A DNA stretch of 64,000 nucleotides from a virus (IMGVR_UViG_3300042556_001053:50444-114443), one strand, 5' to 3'; positions 10,191-19,361 are shown, numbered from the stretch's first letter. The notes: a model not told the origin generated them from the sequence alone. A program made the numbers and translations.

Positions 10191-10940
10191 CTAGATTACC
10201 TCCTCTGGCTTATATTTATTTCCATCTTTATCTAGCTTCCACCCTTGCTTAAGTAGCTCTTGCCACTCTGCTCTTTCAATCTCTTGCTTTGCTCTTGTTT
10301 CTTTCATTTCTTCGGCCCATGCATCTCTTACCTCTTGTGGGTAGGCATCTTCTTCACGGTCATCCCAGAAAGATCCTATGGTATATCTTACACCTTTAGT
10401 AATTAACGATACTTCGTGCATATTATTAAATCCACCGTCAAATACGGCAAGCATTCCAACCTTTGGCTGAATTTCTATGTTTTGATCTGGAAATCTTAAA
10501 AGACCACCTTCAAAATCATCGTTTAAGTACAGGAATCCTGCATATCTACTTCTTGTAAATGCTCCAGAATTGCCCTTCTCATCTGTATTATCAGAGTGTA
10601 CTCTTGCATAAGCACCTGGCTCCCACTTTTGAGTATGATATCCAATTTTAGAAATTATTTTTGGGTCTAAGTCATGTACTGATGCAATTGCTTCTGGCAT
10701 CTTACTTTCAATATCTGAAAAAATAGTTGGAGATAGCCCAGCGTCAATTACCTCTTGATCATTGTCTTGTGGTAGCACTGAAGAATATGACTCATAAAAT
10801 GATATAGGCATCCAAGTTAGTCCGCCGTTATTTGCTTGTGCATCAAGTGCATTAATCATCTTTTTGCACTCATCTTCACTAACAAAGTTTTCAAAAATAA
10901 CAATATCCTTTGTAAGTCTTATCTTATTGTTTAGGTTCAT
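10191..10940 (-). CDS. 2OG-Fe(II) oxygenase, P4H-like
   Basis: HSD...YLNDDFEGG...HEV...RY. Confidence 0.85.
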   Translation of the reverse strand: MNLNNKIRLTKDIVIFENFVSEDECKKMINALDAQANNGGLTWMPISFYESYSSVLPQDNDQEVIDAGLSPTIFSDIESKMPEAIASVHDLDPKIISKIGYHTQKWEPGAYARVHSDNTDEKGNSGAFTRSRYAGFLYLNDDFEGGLLRFPDQNIEIQPKVGMLAVFDGGFNNMHEVSLITKGVRYTIGSFWDDREEDAYPQEVRDAWAEEMKETRAKQEIERAEWQELLKQGWKLDKDGNKYKPEEVI

Positions 10941-11818
10941 TTTATTCTCACAGCTCCTTCTATTTCGTTTCTTTGTGGATGATCTTTTCTAAACTGTTCA
11001 TGTATTTCTGGTTGCATGCTTGCCCATACATGCTTACCAAACTCTTTTTCTTTTTCATACCATTCATCAGACCCTTTTTCATACTTTTGCCAATACATTC
11101 TTGACAAAAACTTATTTTTATTGTAAGAAGGCATTACTCCATGTAAGTATGGATCACCATTTTCTGTTAAATAATCGGGATGCCCTGATGGAAAAACAAG
11201 TAGGTCTCCTGCTTGTGGCTTATATTTAACAAGCTTATCTCCCATTGCAAAGTCAACCTCTCCGCCTTCATAGTCGTCATTAAAATAAATAGTGCATGTT
11301 ATTACAAACTTGTATCCTGGAGCATCTGCCATCTCTCTCTGATAGTCTGAATGATATCTCATCCCTACCTTTTCTTCATCAGTGCTTACATGATACTTTC
11401 CAACTGTTCCACCAGCCCACTTCCAGGTTGGAACAGTCTGACCACTTTCATCTACAGACAAGTCATCTAAATCTACTTCTACCCCATACTTTTTAATATA
11501 GTGCTCTGTAGCCAAATAAAAGTTTTCCAACATCTCTATTGCAAAGAGTCGCTGGTCTTCCTGAGACTGTGTTGTTGTTTTGATATCTTTTAAACCGCCG
11601 TACTTATCGTACATAATCAGATTAGGTATTATTGGGCTTAAGTATTCTCCAAAAATAGACCATTGTGTCCAAGGGCTAAAAAGTCTATCTTCTGAGTTAT
11701 CCAAAGAATCATTTAAAACTTTGTAAGATTTTGAAATATCTTTAAACATATTTTTATAAACTACAATATTTGGGTATATTTCTTCAAACACAATACCATT
11801 TTCTTGGGTGTTGTTCAT
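10937..11818 (-). CDS. 2OG-Fe(II) oxygenase, P4H-like
   Basis: HSD...YFNDDYEGGEV...YLHGV. Confidence 0.85.
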   Translation of the reverse strand: MNNTQENGIVFEEIYPNIVVYKNMFKDISKSYKVLNDSLDNSEDRLFSPWTQWSIFGEYLSPIIPNLIMYDKYGGLKDIKTTTQSQEDQRLFAIEMLENFYLATEHYIKKYGVEVDLDDLSVDESGQTVPTWKWAGGTVGKYHVSTDEEKVGMRYHSDYQREMADAPGYKFVITCTIYFNDDYEGGEVDFAMGDKLVKYKPQAGDLLVFPSGHPDYLTENGDPYLHGVMPSYNKNKFLSRMYWQKYEKGSDEWYEKEKEFGKHVWASMQPEIHEQFRKDHPQRNEIEGAVRIK

Positions 11819-12702
11819 CTTAATCTAACCCCATTATCTATTGTAATTCTTTGTAGGTTTTCTTTTTCATATTGACCCTGAATCTTATTCATCTCTGACT
11901 GCCAAGAGTCACCAAAAATTAGACTTTTTTCTTTCCACTCATCAGATGAGTCTTCATATACTGTCCAAAACATCCTTATAAAATATTTTTCATTTTCTTT
12001 ACAAATTTCTGCAGCATGTAGATATACCTCACCATCTTCTGTGGAATATTCTGGATGTCCTGAAGGAAAAACAACAAAATCTCCAGCTTTTGGTTTATAG
12101 TTTATTAGCTTATTGCCAACTGCAAAGTCAATTCCGCCTCCTGAATAATTATCATTTAGGTATATGGTTGTAGTCAAAACAAACTTATATCCTGGGCCCT
12201 TTATAGCTTCTCTAACATAGTCGCTGTGATATCTCATTGCTAATCTTTCAGAGTCTGGCCCAGCAGCGGTAGAACCAACATAATATTTACACAAAGATGG
12301 TCCAGTCCAGTTCCACTTTTGATATTTTTTTCCATCTGATTGAACAGTATCTTTTTCTTCTTTGTGTATTGGGAAGTTGTGTTTTTCAATATAGTGGTTA
12401 TTAGCCAAATGAAATGCTTTAATTAATTCAATCATAAAATATCTTTGATCTTCTTGAACCTTGCTAGTAGGTTCTATGTCAAAGTTAATTTTAAGATCTG
12501 AGACATTTTTATCAAAAGATATTCCAAAGTTTTCTATTTTTTCACCTATAGAGTACCAGTCATTCCACTTGTCCCATATAGCATCTTCATAATTATTTAT
12601 TGAATCTTTTGCAATCTGATACATTCTTTCTGGGTCTTCAAATATGTTATTGTAAACAACAATATTTGGATAAATTTCTTCAAATGTAAGTTCTGTAGTC
12701 AT
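11815..12702 (-). CDS. 2OG-Fe(II) oxygenase, P4H-like (paralog of 10937..11818)
   Basis: Start reassigned to MTTELTFEEIYPN; HSD...YLNDNYSGGG...YLHAA. Confidence 0.85.
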   Translation of the reverse strand: MTTELTFEEIYPNIVVYNNIFEDPERMYQIAKDSINNYEDAIWDKWNDWYSIGEKIENFGISFDKNVSDLKINFDIEPTSKVQEDQRYFMIELIKAFHLANNHYIEKHNFPIHKEEKDTVQSDGKKYQKWNWTGPSLCKYYVGSTAAGPDSERLAMRYHSDYVREAIKGPGYKFVLTTTIYLNDNYSGGGIDFAVGNKLINYKPKAGDFVVFPSGHPEYSTEDGEVYLHAAEICKENEKYFIRMFWTVYEDSSDEWKEKSLIFGDSWQSEMNKIQGQYEKENLQRITIDNGVRLR

Positions 12703-12703
12703 A

Positions 12704-13378
12704 TTACGGCTTTCTGTCTCCAGTATGTTCCGTAATTTCCCAAAAAAATGGACATGTAAATCTAAGCCCACTTTTTATTTCTGTGACCCCATGTATATAG
12801 TTCATATCTCCAGGGAAAAAATATGCTGCTCCTTTTTTAGGTTTAAATTGAACTCCTTGATTTGGAAAGTATAGCTCTCCGCCTTCGTAGTCTTCATTTA
12901 AATAAAACAAACTGGAAAGATCATAGTTTGGAAAATCATTTGGCAGTCCTGCGTCTGGCCCGTCGTGCAGTTCTTTATCAGCGTGTGGTTTTTGGAATTG
13001 TCCTGGAAGCCACTTGACAATTGTTGTTCCTGTAGGAATTACTTTTACTTTATAAAATTCTTCTACTATTGGTTGCAATCTTTGAAATAGGCCAGCAATG
13101 ACTGGAGATATCTTTGGATCGTTTTTGTCTAAACTTGGCTGTGTTGCAACTCTATCTTTCCAATAATCTGAATCGTATACTACTGTACCGTTTTCATTTA
13201 CATGGCTTTCTGTTACATCCCAAATTGTTAAAGATTTTGCAGCCTTTTCTAAAAACTCTATTTCTTCTTGTGTCATAAAGTTTTCTAGCTCAACAATCAT
13301 TTCTTTGCCACTACCAAACCAGCCAGAAGGTGTTATTGATGGCTTTCTAACCACAACAGAAGCTTTTATATTATCCAT
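12704..13378 (-). CDS. 2OG-Fe(II) oxygenase, P4H-like
   Basis: HAD...YLNEDYEGGELYF...HGV...R. Confidence 0.85.
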   Translation of the reverse strand: MDNIKASVVVRKPSITPSGWFGSGKEMIVELENFMTQEEIEFLEKAAKSLTIWDVTESHVNENGTVVYDSDYWKDRVATQPSLDKNDPKISPVIAGLFQRLQPIVEEFYKVKVIPTGTTIVKWLPGQFQKPHADKELHDGPDAGLPNDFPNYDLSSLFYLNEDYEGGELYFPNQGVQFKPKKGAAYFFPGDMNYIHGVTEIKSGLRFTCPFFWEITEHTGDRKP

Positions 13379-13380
13379 AA

Positions 13381-14109
13381 TTAGATTATACCATTTCCTT
13401 TGCTTGCTGTATTGTCCGTAACAGAAAGACGGATAACCTTTGTTTCGTGAGAGCCTTTACTTTCACCCTTTTCATTAATTGCATCTCTATACCAATCGGT
13501 CCATTCACCAGATTGATTAATTTTTTGTGCAGCTTCTCCATATGACTGATGAGCTTTTTCTCTACTACGATCTGGATCTGAATAATCAAATATTTGAATT
13601 GATGTATTGTCCATTGCTGTCAAAGAGATTGGTACTATAGTTGCAAGAGGTGTACCTGCTTTTATAGTAATTTCTTTATTCGCAGATCTTGCTTTAATTG
13701 CTAATGGGAAACCAGTATCTAGCCAAGATGTACTGATTAAAGAAGACATGGTTTCAAAGTCTTCACTAAAATAGTTTACTGGGTTAATAGTGAACATGCT
13801 TACGTTTTGTTCAGATCTAAAGGTGAGCCCTGTATGTATACTTACTGTAGATTGTCCCCTGCCAGTATAAGTAAACCCTTCTCCCTCTATAACTTTAACA
13901 TTTTCTGAACTTGTATCGTTTATTCCATTCCATATAAACTTGATATCCTCTTTAGCTGAAAGATTCCACCCAACCATGTTTGCTTGGGTTACTGGAAAAC
14001 ATCTGTATGCATGCTTTTCTGGAGTAAGATCCATCCAGTCTCTTTTTATTGACATTGGAGAAATTATAATTTTTGAATCTGGAAATCTTTCAACAGAGAT
14101 ATTTAACAT
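13381..14109 (-). CDS. DUF6065-like protein
   Basis: RDWMD...HAYRCFPVTQANMVGW and GTPLATIVP motifs. Confidence 0.65.
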   Translation of the reverse strand: MLNISVERFPDSKIIISPMSIKRDWMDLTPEKHAYRCFPVTQANMVGWNLSAKEDIKFIWNGINDTSSENVKVIEGEGFTYTGRGQSTVSIHTGLTFRSEQNVSMFTINPVNYFSEDFETMSSLISTSWLDTGFPLAIKARSANKEITIKAGTPLATIVPISLTAMDNTSIQIFDYSDPDRSREKAHQSYGEAAQKINQSGEWTDWYRDAINEKGESKGSHETKVIRLSVTDNTASKGNGII

Positions 14110-14786
14110 TACATTTTATCCTGAGTAAACATATCTGGAGTATGGAACTTTTTGTTATAATCCAACATAGTAACAATAGAGTATTTTGTTCCAGATTCTA
14201 CTGGCATAGCTTGATGAGGATACATGTAGTTTGATGGGAAGATATACAGATCTCCAGCCTTTGGCTTAATCTTTAAATCTTGCAATCTAAAGTACAACTC
14301 GCCACCTTCATAGTCATCATTGATGTATGCAACAAGAGAGACTGTACAATTATAAGAATACCCATGGTCATGGTGCTCCATAAAGTGTTGTCCTGGACCA
14401 TACTTTATAAAGTTAAAGGCTTCCCAATATTTAAGATCCATAATGTTGTAATCTTTTCTGTAATCTTCAACTGCCTGGAACTGAGCATCATATACATCTT
14501 GCCAAAGAGATTGTAGCTTTAAAGATGTTTCGCTTTTATCTAGCTCTATATCTGTTTTCTTAAACTTAAAATCAACACAGTCTCTGTAGTCTGGAATAAG
14601 TTGCTGGTACCCAACGTATGCTGGCATCCAGTGGTATCTGTTACCTTCTGGAGATAATTCTCCGTATCCAGCTACTGACCCTAAATTTTCTTCAAGTCTT
14701 TCTATTACATTGAAGTCTTTTTTTATTACATCTCTGTAACATACAATTCCATTACCAAGATTTATTTTTTCTGTCCATGTTTGCAT
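14109..14786 (-). CDS. 2OG-Fe(II) oxygenase, P4H-like
   Basis: HHD...YINDDYEGGELYF...FPSNYMYPH...GTKYS. Confidence 0.85.
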   Translation of the reverse strand: MQTWTEKINLGNGIVCYRDVIKKDFNVIERLEENLGSVAGYGELSPEGNRYHWMPAYVGYQQLIPDYRDCVDFKFKKTDIELDKSETSLKLQSLWQDVYDAQFQAVEDYRKDYNIMDLKYWEAFNFIKYGPGQHFMEHHDHGYSYNCTVSLVAYINDDYEGGELYFRLQDLKIKPKAGDLYIFPSNYMYPHQAMPVESGTKYSIVTMLDYNKKFHTPDMFTQDKM

Positions 14787-14795
14787 AGTTTCCCC

Positions 14796-15572
14796 CTATT
14801 TATATTCTCTTCTTGTCCAAACCTTATTTTTATAAACGCCACCATCTGGTTGTCTATAAAAATTTGCATTACTCATCATTTTAGCATAAATTTCTGTTGA
14901 GCCTATAAAGTTTATTTCATGACTCCAGTCTTCTCTTTTAAAAGGCAGTATCTGTACATATGGTGTTCCTGCTGGAAGCGTTCCTTCCCAACCTTCTGTA
15001 ATAAAAAATGGAAAAGTACCTAGAAGATGAACACTATCATTGTCAACAACTCCAGTGGTATTTATAAATGGCAAATCAAAACGATTCATTGGGGTCATGA
15101 ATAATGCACTGTATCCTTCTGGCAATTCTAGGCCCCAGTCTGGGTACCAGGCAAAATGCTCTCTATAATATCCTTTTGGTTGCTCAAATTGTGGCATTGC
15201 CATTCTTTTGCTGCAAAAATCTTGATGTCGTGTATCTTCTATTTTTACATCTATAGAACCGCTTGCTGTTTTAAAAAAAGTAATATCACAAGGAGTTTTT
15301 AATACATATCCTGTTGTAAATGCATCCATGATTGCTGGACATGCTTTCCATGTAGGAATCTTTCCATAGTCATCTTTTGTTCCTTCTTTAGGAAATGGAC
15401 AAATCTGCGGTGTGGCTTTGTAGTATTCACCAATAGGATCTTTGGCAAACCTATCTGCATCTTTGTACCATTGTGGAATTACTGCTTGTGTTGGTGATGG
15501 AACAGAGGGACTATCCTTTGTAACCCATGGCCTATAAGCTGTAAACTTTGCAATATTTTCTTTTAATGTCAT
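14796..15572 (-). CDS. DUF6065-related protein (possible dUTPase-like beta fold)
   Basis: IPQWYK, KACPAIMD, PEGYS, GVVDND and GTPYVQILPFKRE motifs. Confidence 0.55.
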   Translation of the reverse strand: MTLKENIAKFTAYRPWVTKDSPSVPSPTQAVIPQWYKDADRFAKDPIGEYYKATPQICPFPKEGTKDDYGKIPTWKACPAIMDAFTTGYVLKTPCDITFFKTASGSIDVKIEDTRHQDFCSKRMAMPQFEQPKGYYREHFAWYPDWGLELPEGYSALFMTPMNRFDLPFINTTGVVDNDSVHLLGTFPFFITEGWEGTLPAGTPYVQILPFKREDWSHEINFIGSTEIYAKMMSNANFYRQPDGGVYKNKVWTRREYK

Positions 15573-16285
15573 TACTTATGACCTAGCTCATTTATATCTG
15601 TCATGACTACGACACAATACTTTGTACCGCTCTTCATTGGCAGAGATGCATGCTCATATATGTAGTTTGATGGAAACACTGCAATGTCTCCTACCTTTGG
15701 AGTAAGAGTGTAGCCATCTAATCTTGGAAATTGAATCTCTCCGCCTTCATAATCATCGTTAATATAGATAACTGCAGATACTGTAGCATTATATGCTGGT
15801 CCGTGATCAGCATGAATATTAAAGTGTTTTCCTTCGCCTTCATATTTGACAAAGTTGAATGCTTCATAATAAACAACATTAATTCCCCAGTATCTTGCAT
15901 AATCATCTATACAAAGCTTTAGCTTTTCGTATATCTCCTGATGTAAATCAATGAGCTCACTATTGAAAGGATCTCTTGGTCCCAAATTTTCCTGCTTGTA
16001 TTTAAAGTCAACGCAATCTCTTGCTCGTTTAATTGGTGTAGCAGAGTTTGTAACTGTTGCTTCAGACCATCTAAACTTTTTTGTTCCGTCTAAGTTAGAT
16101 TCAAGTGTGTTTATATATCTTTTTGAATCTTCTAAAGAAAACACATTTCTATATATGTTCAAACCAAGACCTGGGTTCTCTATTACAATATTGTGCTCAG
16201 GTATAGCCCTATCAACCTTGTTTGTTATTGTCTCTGATCTGTCCTTGGTAAACCATGGGTTTTCATTTTCATCATAAATTTCCAT
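15572..16285 (-). CDS. 2OG-Fe(II) oxygenase, P4H-like (paralog of 14109..14786)
   Basis: HAD...YINDDYEGGEI...FPSNYIYEH...GTKY. Confidence 0.85.
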   Translation of the reverse strand: MEIYDENENPWFTKDRSETITNKVDRAIPEHNIVIENPGLGLNIYRNVFSLEDSKRYINTLESNLDGTKKFRWSEATVTNSATPIKRARDCVDFKYKQENLGPRDPFNSELIDLHQEIYEKLKLCIDDYARYWGINVVYYEAFNFVKYEGEGKHFNIHADHGPAYNATVSAVIYINDDYEGGEIQFPRLDGYTLTPKVGDIAVFPSNYIYEHASLPMKSGTKYCVVVMTDINELGHK

Positions 16286-16440
16286 ATATATCCCCTTTTT
16301 ATTTTATTATACACTATCTTTATTTTTTTGTAAAACAATTTAAATATTATTGCAAACCTTTTGCAACATATAAGATCTAGCACTCATAAAAACACAAAAG
16401 GCCAAACAATGTTGGCCAATTGTATTACTGCTTTTTTATT

Positions 16441-17517
16441 TTATACTACACCTGGTAGTGTGAAGTATGGGAAGAACGGTCCAACTCCAAACCCTGGGAA
16501 GAACGGTGGGAAGAATGGGAAGAACGGGAAGAATGGGAAGAACGGTGGGAAGAACGGGAAGAATGGGAAGAACGGGAAGAACGGTGGGAAGAATGGGAAG
16601 AACGGGAAGAATGGGAAGAACGGTGGGAAGAATGGGAAGAACGGGAAGAATGGGAAGAACGGTGGGAAGAACGGGAAGAATGGGAAGAACGGGAAGAAAG
16701 GTGGGAAGAATGGAGGGAAGAATGGGAAGAAAGGAGGGAAGAATGGAGGGAAGAACGGTGGGAAGAATGGGAAGAACGGTGGGAAAAATGGCGGGAAGAA
16801 TGGAGGAAAGAATGGGAAGAACGGAGGAAAGAACGGTGGGAAAAATGGAGGGAAGAAAGGAAAGAATGGAAAGAATGGTGGAAAGAATGGTCCTAATGTA
16901 ACAACAACAGAGTTAGAGTTTGAAGATACTGGAGATGATCCATTTGCATTTGTTGCAATAACTGTATATGTATATGTTCCTGCTGTTGTTTCTGTAATAG
17001 TAAGTGGGGTTCCTGTGCCAGTTGCTGTTTTTCCAGAAGTAGAAGTGACTGTATAGTTTGGAGTAGTTAAAGCTGAGTTTCCAATTTGTGCAGATGTAAG
17101 GTTTGTAAAAGGAATAGTTACAATTCCAGTTGTTCCATTAACTGATGCTGTTCCAATTGTTACCTGAGCTGGCTTAGATGTTGGGACTACAGCATTACTT
17201 GCTGAAGAAGCTGCAGAAACTCCGATTGCATTTGTTGCGGTAACGGTAAAAGTATAATTTGCTGGAGTTCCACTTGTTGACAAACCTGTTATAACTATTG
17301 GAGAAGATGATCCAGTTCCTGTATGTCCACCAGATGAGGTTACTGTATATCCTGTAATAGGCATCTTGCCATTATAAGAAGGGGCTGAAAAAGATACAGA
17401 AACCTGACCGCTATTAAATGTGCGTCCTGATCCTTGGTCTGTAGCTGTGCCAATTACTGGTGCGTTTGGAACTGACTTCTTTGATGAATCTGTTGTACCA
17501 GTATTTTTTGGGCTCAT
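16441..17517 (-). CDS. Protein with two FN3-like domains and a Pro/Phe-only C-terminal repeat tail
   Basis: PNAP...VSFSAPSYNG..ITGYTVT...YTFTVTATNAIG.S.AS FN3 signature twice, then PFF/PPFF repeats; leaderless after TGGTACAAT. Confidence 0.85.
   Translation of the reverse strand: MSPKNTGTTDSSKKSVPNAPVIGTATDQGSGRTFNSGQVSVSFSAPSYNGKMPITGYTVTSSGGHTGTGSSSPIVITGLSTSGTPANYTFTVTATNAIGVSAASSASNAVVPTSKPAQVTIGTASVNGTTGIVTIPFTNLTSAQIGNSALTTPNYTVTSTSGKTATGTGTPLTITETTAGTYTYTVIATNANGSSPVSSNSNSVVVTLGPFFPPFFPFFPFFPPFFPPFFPPFFPFFPPFFPPFFPPFFPFFPPFFPPFFPPFFPFFPPFFPPFFPFFPFFPFFPPFFPFFPFFPFFPPFFPFFPFFPFFPPFFPFFPFFPFFPPFFPFFPFFPFFPPFFPGFGVGPFFPYFTLPGVV
16495..16890 (-). repeat. Coding tandem repeat of 9-nt (PFF) and 12-nt (PPFF) units
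   Basis: 396 nt encoding 56 Pro and 76 Phe and nothing else. Confidence 0.95.
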
Positions 17518-17557
17518 AGCAGTAATTGTACCATAAGATTATACAGTTTTTGATATT

Positions 17558-18277
17558 TTATCTAACAGATATATAAATAGATTTAGCAACCATTGAGGCA
17601 TCATTATCTGTCAATATTTGTGGTAGTCCGCCATAGTTTCTAACCATGTCATTTTCTATAAAAAAGGTGTGCTCTAATGACATGTCATATGAAAACTGAT
17701 ACTTTAGGTTTGCAGCAAAGGTAGTAGGCCAAAAGTCAGACTCTGGTATGTAAGTTCTAAACCAAACTTCAGTGTTGTTGGTAAGGGTAGTCAAAATAAT
17801 ATCATAACGGACTGTTACAATTGAGCCAACCTTTAGTGCTTTAAGGTTTATTTTTTGTGATTGTGAGTTATATAATGAAACGTTATTTTCTGGTAAATAA
17901 AGCTCGTTATTTTTACCCCTACAGTCAAAGCTAAAGCTAACCCAGCCGTCATTTCCTTTTGTAGCACCAAGAGTAATATTTTTTTGATCTTTGTTTGTAT
18001 AAAGAGCCCAACCAGTTCTTTGACCTGATGGAGACAAACTGCTTTCTCCTGCTATTCCATCCCTACCGTTTTTTCCATCTTTACCAGGTTTTCCAGGTTC
18101 TCCCTGTGGTCCTTGTTTGCCTTCTGGTCCAGAATCGCCTTTATCACCCTTTGGGCCCTGTTCTCCTTGTGGTCCAGGAACAGCTATGAAAGAAACTGAT
18201 TGCTCAAGTTGATAAGAGTTGTTTACATTGTCTGAATATTTTTTAGACTTCCCTGGAAAATCCATGCTAGTTGACAT
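17558..18277 (-). CDS. Collagen-like (Gly-X-Y) protein with C-terminal globular domain
   Basis: GPQGEQGPKGDKGDSGPEGKQGPQGEPGKPGKDGKNGRDGIAGES. Confidence 0.85.
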   Translation of the reverse strand: MSTSMDFPGKSKKYSDNVNNSYQLEQSVSFIAVPGPQGEQGPKGDKGDSGPEGKQGPQGEPGKPGKDGKNGRDGIAGESSLSPSGQRTGWALYTNKDQKNITLGATKGNDGWVSFSFDCRGKNNELYLPENNVSLYNSQSQKINLKALKVGSIVTVRYDIILTTLTNNTEVWFRTYIPESDFWPTTFAANLKYQFSYDMSLEHTFFIENDMVRNYGGLPQILTDNDASMVAKSIYISVR

Positions 18278-18286
18278 GAATTGAAT

Positions 18287-18373
18287 CTATTTCTTTACCT
18301 TAAAAACCTTTTTTCCAATTTTAATAACTGGTGGAAGGTTTACTTGAGATACCTCAACTTTAATTACAGGCAT
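18287..18373 (-). CDS. 28-aa basic small protein (not in ORF track)
   Basis: MPVIKVEVSQVNLPPVIKIGKKVFKVKK, TAATG-coupled; mirrors the small gene that follows paralog 5704..6117. Confidence 0.5.
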   Translation of the reverse strand: MPVIKVEVSQVNLPPVIKIGKKVFKVKK

Positions 18374-18774
18374 TATAAACCTCCAGGAGTTATGTCACCT
18401 AGAACACAAATTGTTCCAAGTACTGGAGTCCAAACAGTTGGCTCTATATCATCTTCTCCAGCAGGTATTGTTGCCTGTAGGTCAAATGGAAGTTCAGAAA
18501 CTATTGATGTATATTTTGTTCCCCAGTTTTTTGTTAAATCTGCTGATGCAAAAATTGTTGCTGTATGACCAGAAACTGTAACTGTTAACTCATCAAGAAA
18601 ATCACCAGACACGTCATAGGCCGTTGCTGCAAAGTCCCAATCCTCTATATCCCAGCCAGTGGCTTCATCATCTTCAAGAAATTGAACTGCTAGGCTTGAC
18701 GAATCTCCACGAACAACGGTCCACTGGATGTGAGCTGGAGTTGCTCCTAATTTTTCTATTGCTGGGGTACACAT
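18373..18774 (-). CDS. Baseplate/tail beta-sandwich-type protein, paralog of 5704..6117
   Basis: QWTVVRGD...FDLQ...VWT...GxIxVLxDIT pattern. Confidence 0.55.
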   Translation of the reverse strand: MCTPAIEKLGATPAHIQWTVVRGDSSSLAVQFLEDDEATGWDIEDWDFAATAYDVSGDFLDELTVTVSGHTATIFASADLTKNWGTKYTSIVSELPFDLQATIPAGEDDIEPTVWTPVLGTICVLGDITPGGL

Positions 18775-18792
18775 GTAACTGATTATACCATT

Positions 18793-18849
18793 AAATAAAG
18801 CTAGTACTCAGACGCAGTGGGGTGGGTTAGAATCTGAGTACTAGCAGGC
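18793..18849 (-). ncRNA. Candidate small hairpin RNA with C-rich loop
   Basis: 13-bp perfect IR GCTAGTACTCAGA (18800-18812/18833-18845), upstream TGTTATACT, downstream U-rich tract. Confidence 0.4.
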
Positions 18850-19094
18850 TTAAAGTATAACATTATTTATTTAAGTATATACAATTTGGACATTTCAGAC
18901 ATAAAAATTTTATAAAGCCAGGGTATTTGGAATTGTTACCAAAAAGTTATAATTACTAATATACCAAATGTCCGAATTATGCCTATTCAATAAATTAATT
19001 ATGGTGTATACTTAAAATATATAAAGAAAAGAACTATATCTAAACAAGGTTTTTAAAAGATATATTTTATATAAAGGAAAATAGGAAAATTAGG

Positions 19095-19361
19095 TTAGTT
19101 GTCAGTCTTAGCGATATGCTTAATTAATATTCTGTACATCTCATCAAGCTTTGACTCTTGACGATTTCTAGATTCAATAGAATCCATTCTTTGCTCGTCT
19201 AAAGCAGCCTCTAGTCTATTAACCTGGTCTCTTAAGCTTGATCCAGAATTCGGCTTAAGCTCGCTTAGGTAATGTTTTACAAGCCATCTTACAGCTAAAC
19301 CAAATGATGAGACAATTGTAAGAATTGCTACAATCAACGAAGCCCAATCTTGAATTGTCAT
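19095..19361 (-). CDS. Membrane protein (holin-like, TM plus coiled coil)
   Basis: N-terminal TM helix then ELKPNSGSSLRDQVNRLE, a motif common in actinophage lysis-region genes. Confidence 0.6.
   Translation of the reverse strand: MTIQDWASLIVAILTIVSSFGLAVRWLVKHYLSELKPNSGSSLRDQVNRLEAALDEQRMDSIESRNRQESKLDEMYRILIKHIAKTDN

Noticed and set aside
16495-16890. Resemblance to antamanide-type cyclic peptides (FFPPFF)
   Set aside because: No leader or follower peptide and no prolyl oligopeptidase nearby; low-complexity convergence is sufficient.
16361-17056. GKNGGKN and GRMGRT repeat ORFs on the plus strand
   Set aside because: Antisense to the P/F tail; these frames tolerate N/K or M/T/K changes while P/F is invariant and fused to FN3 domains.
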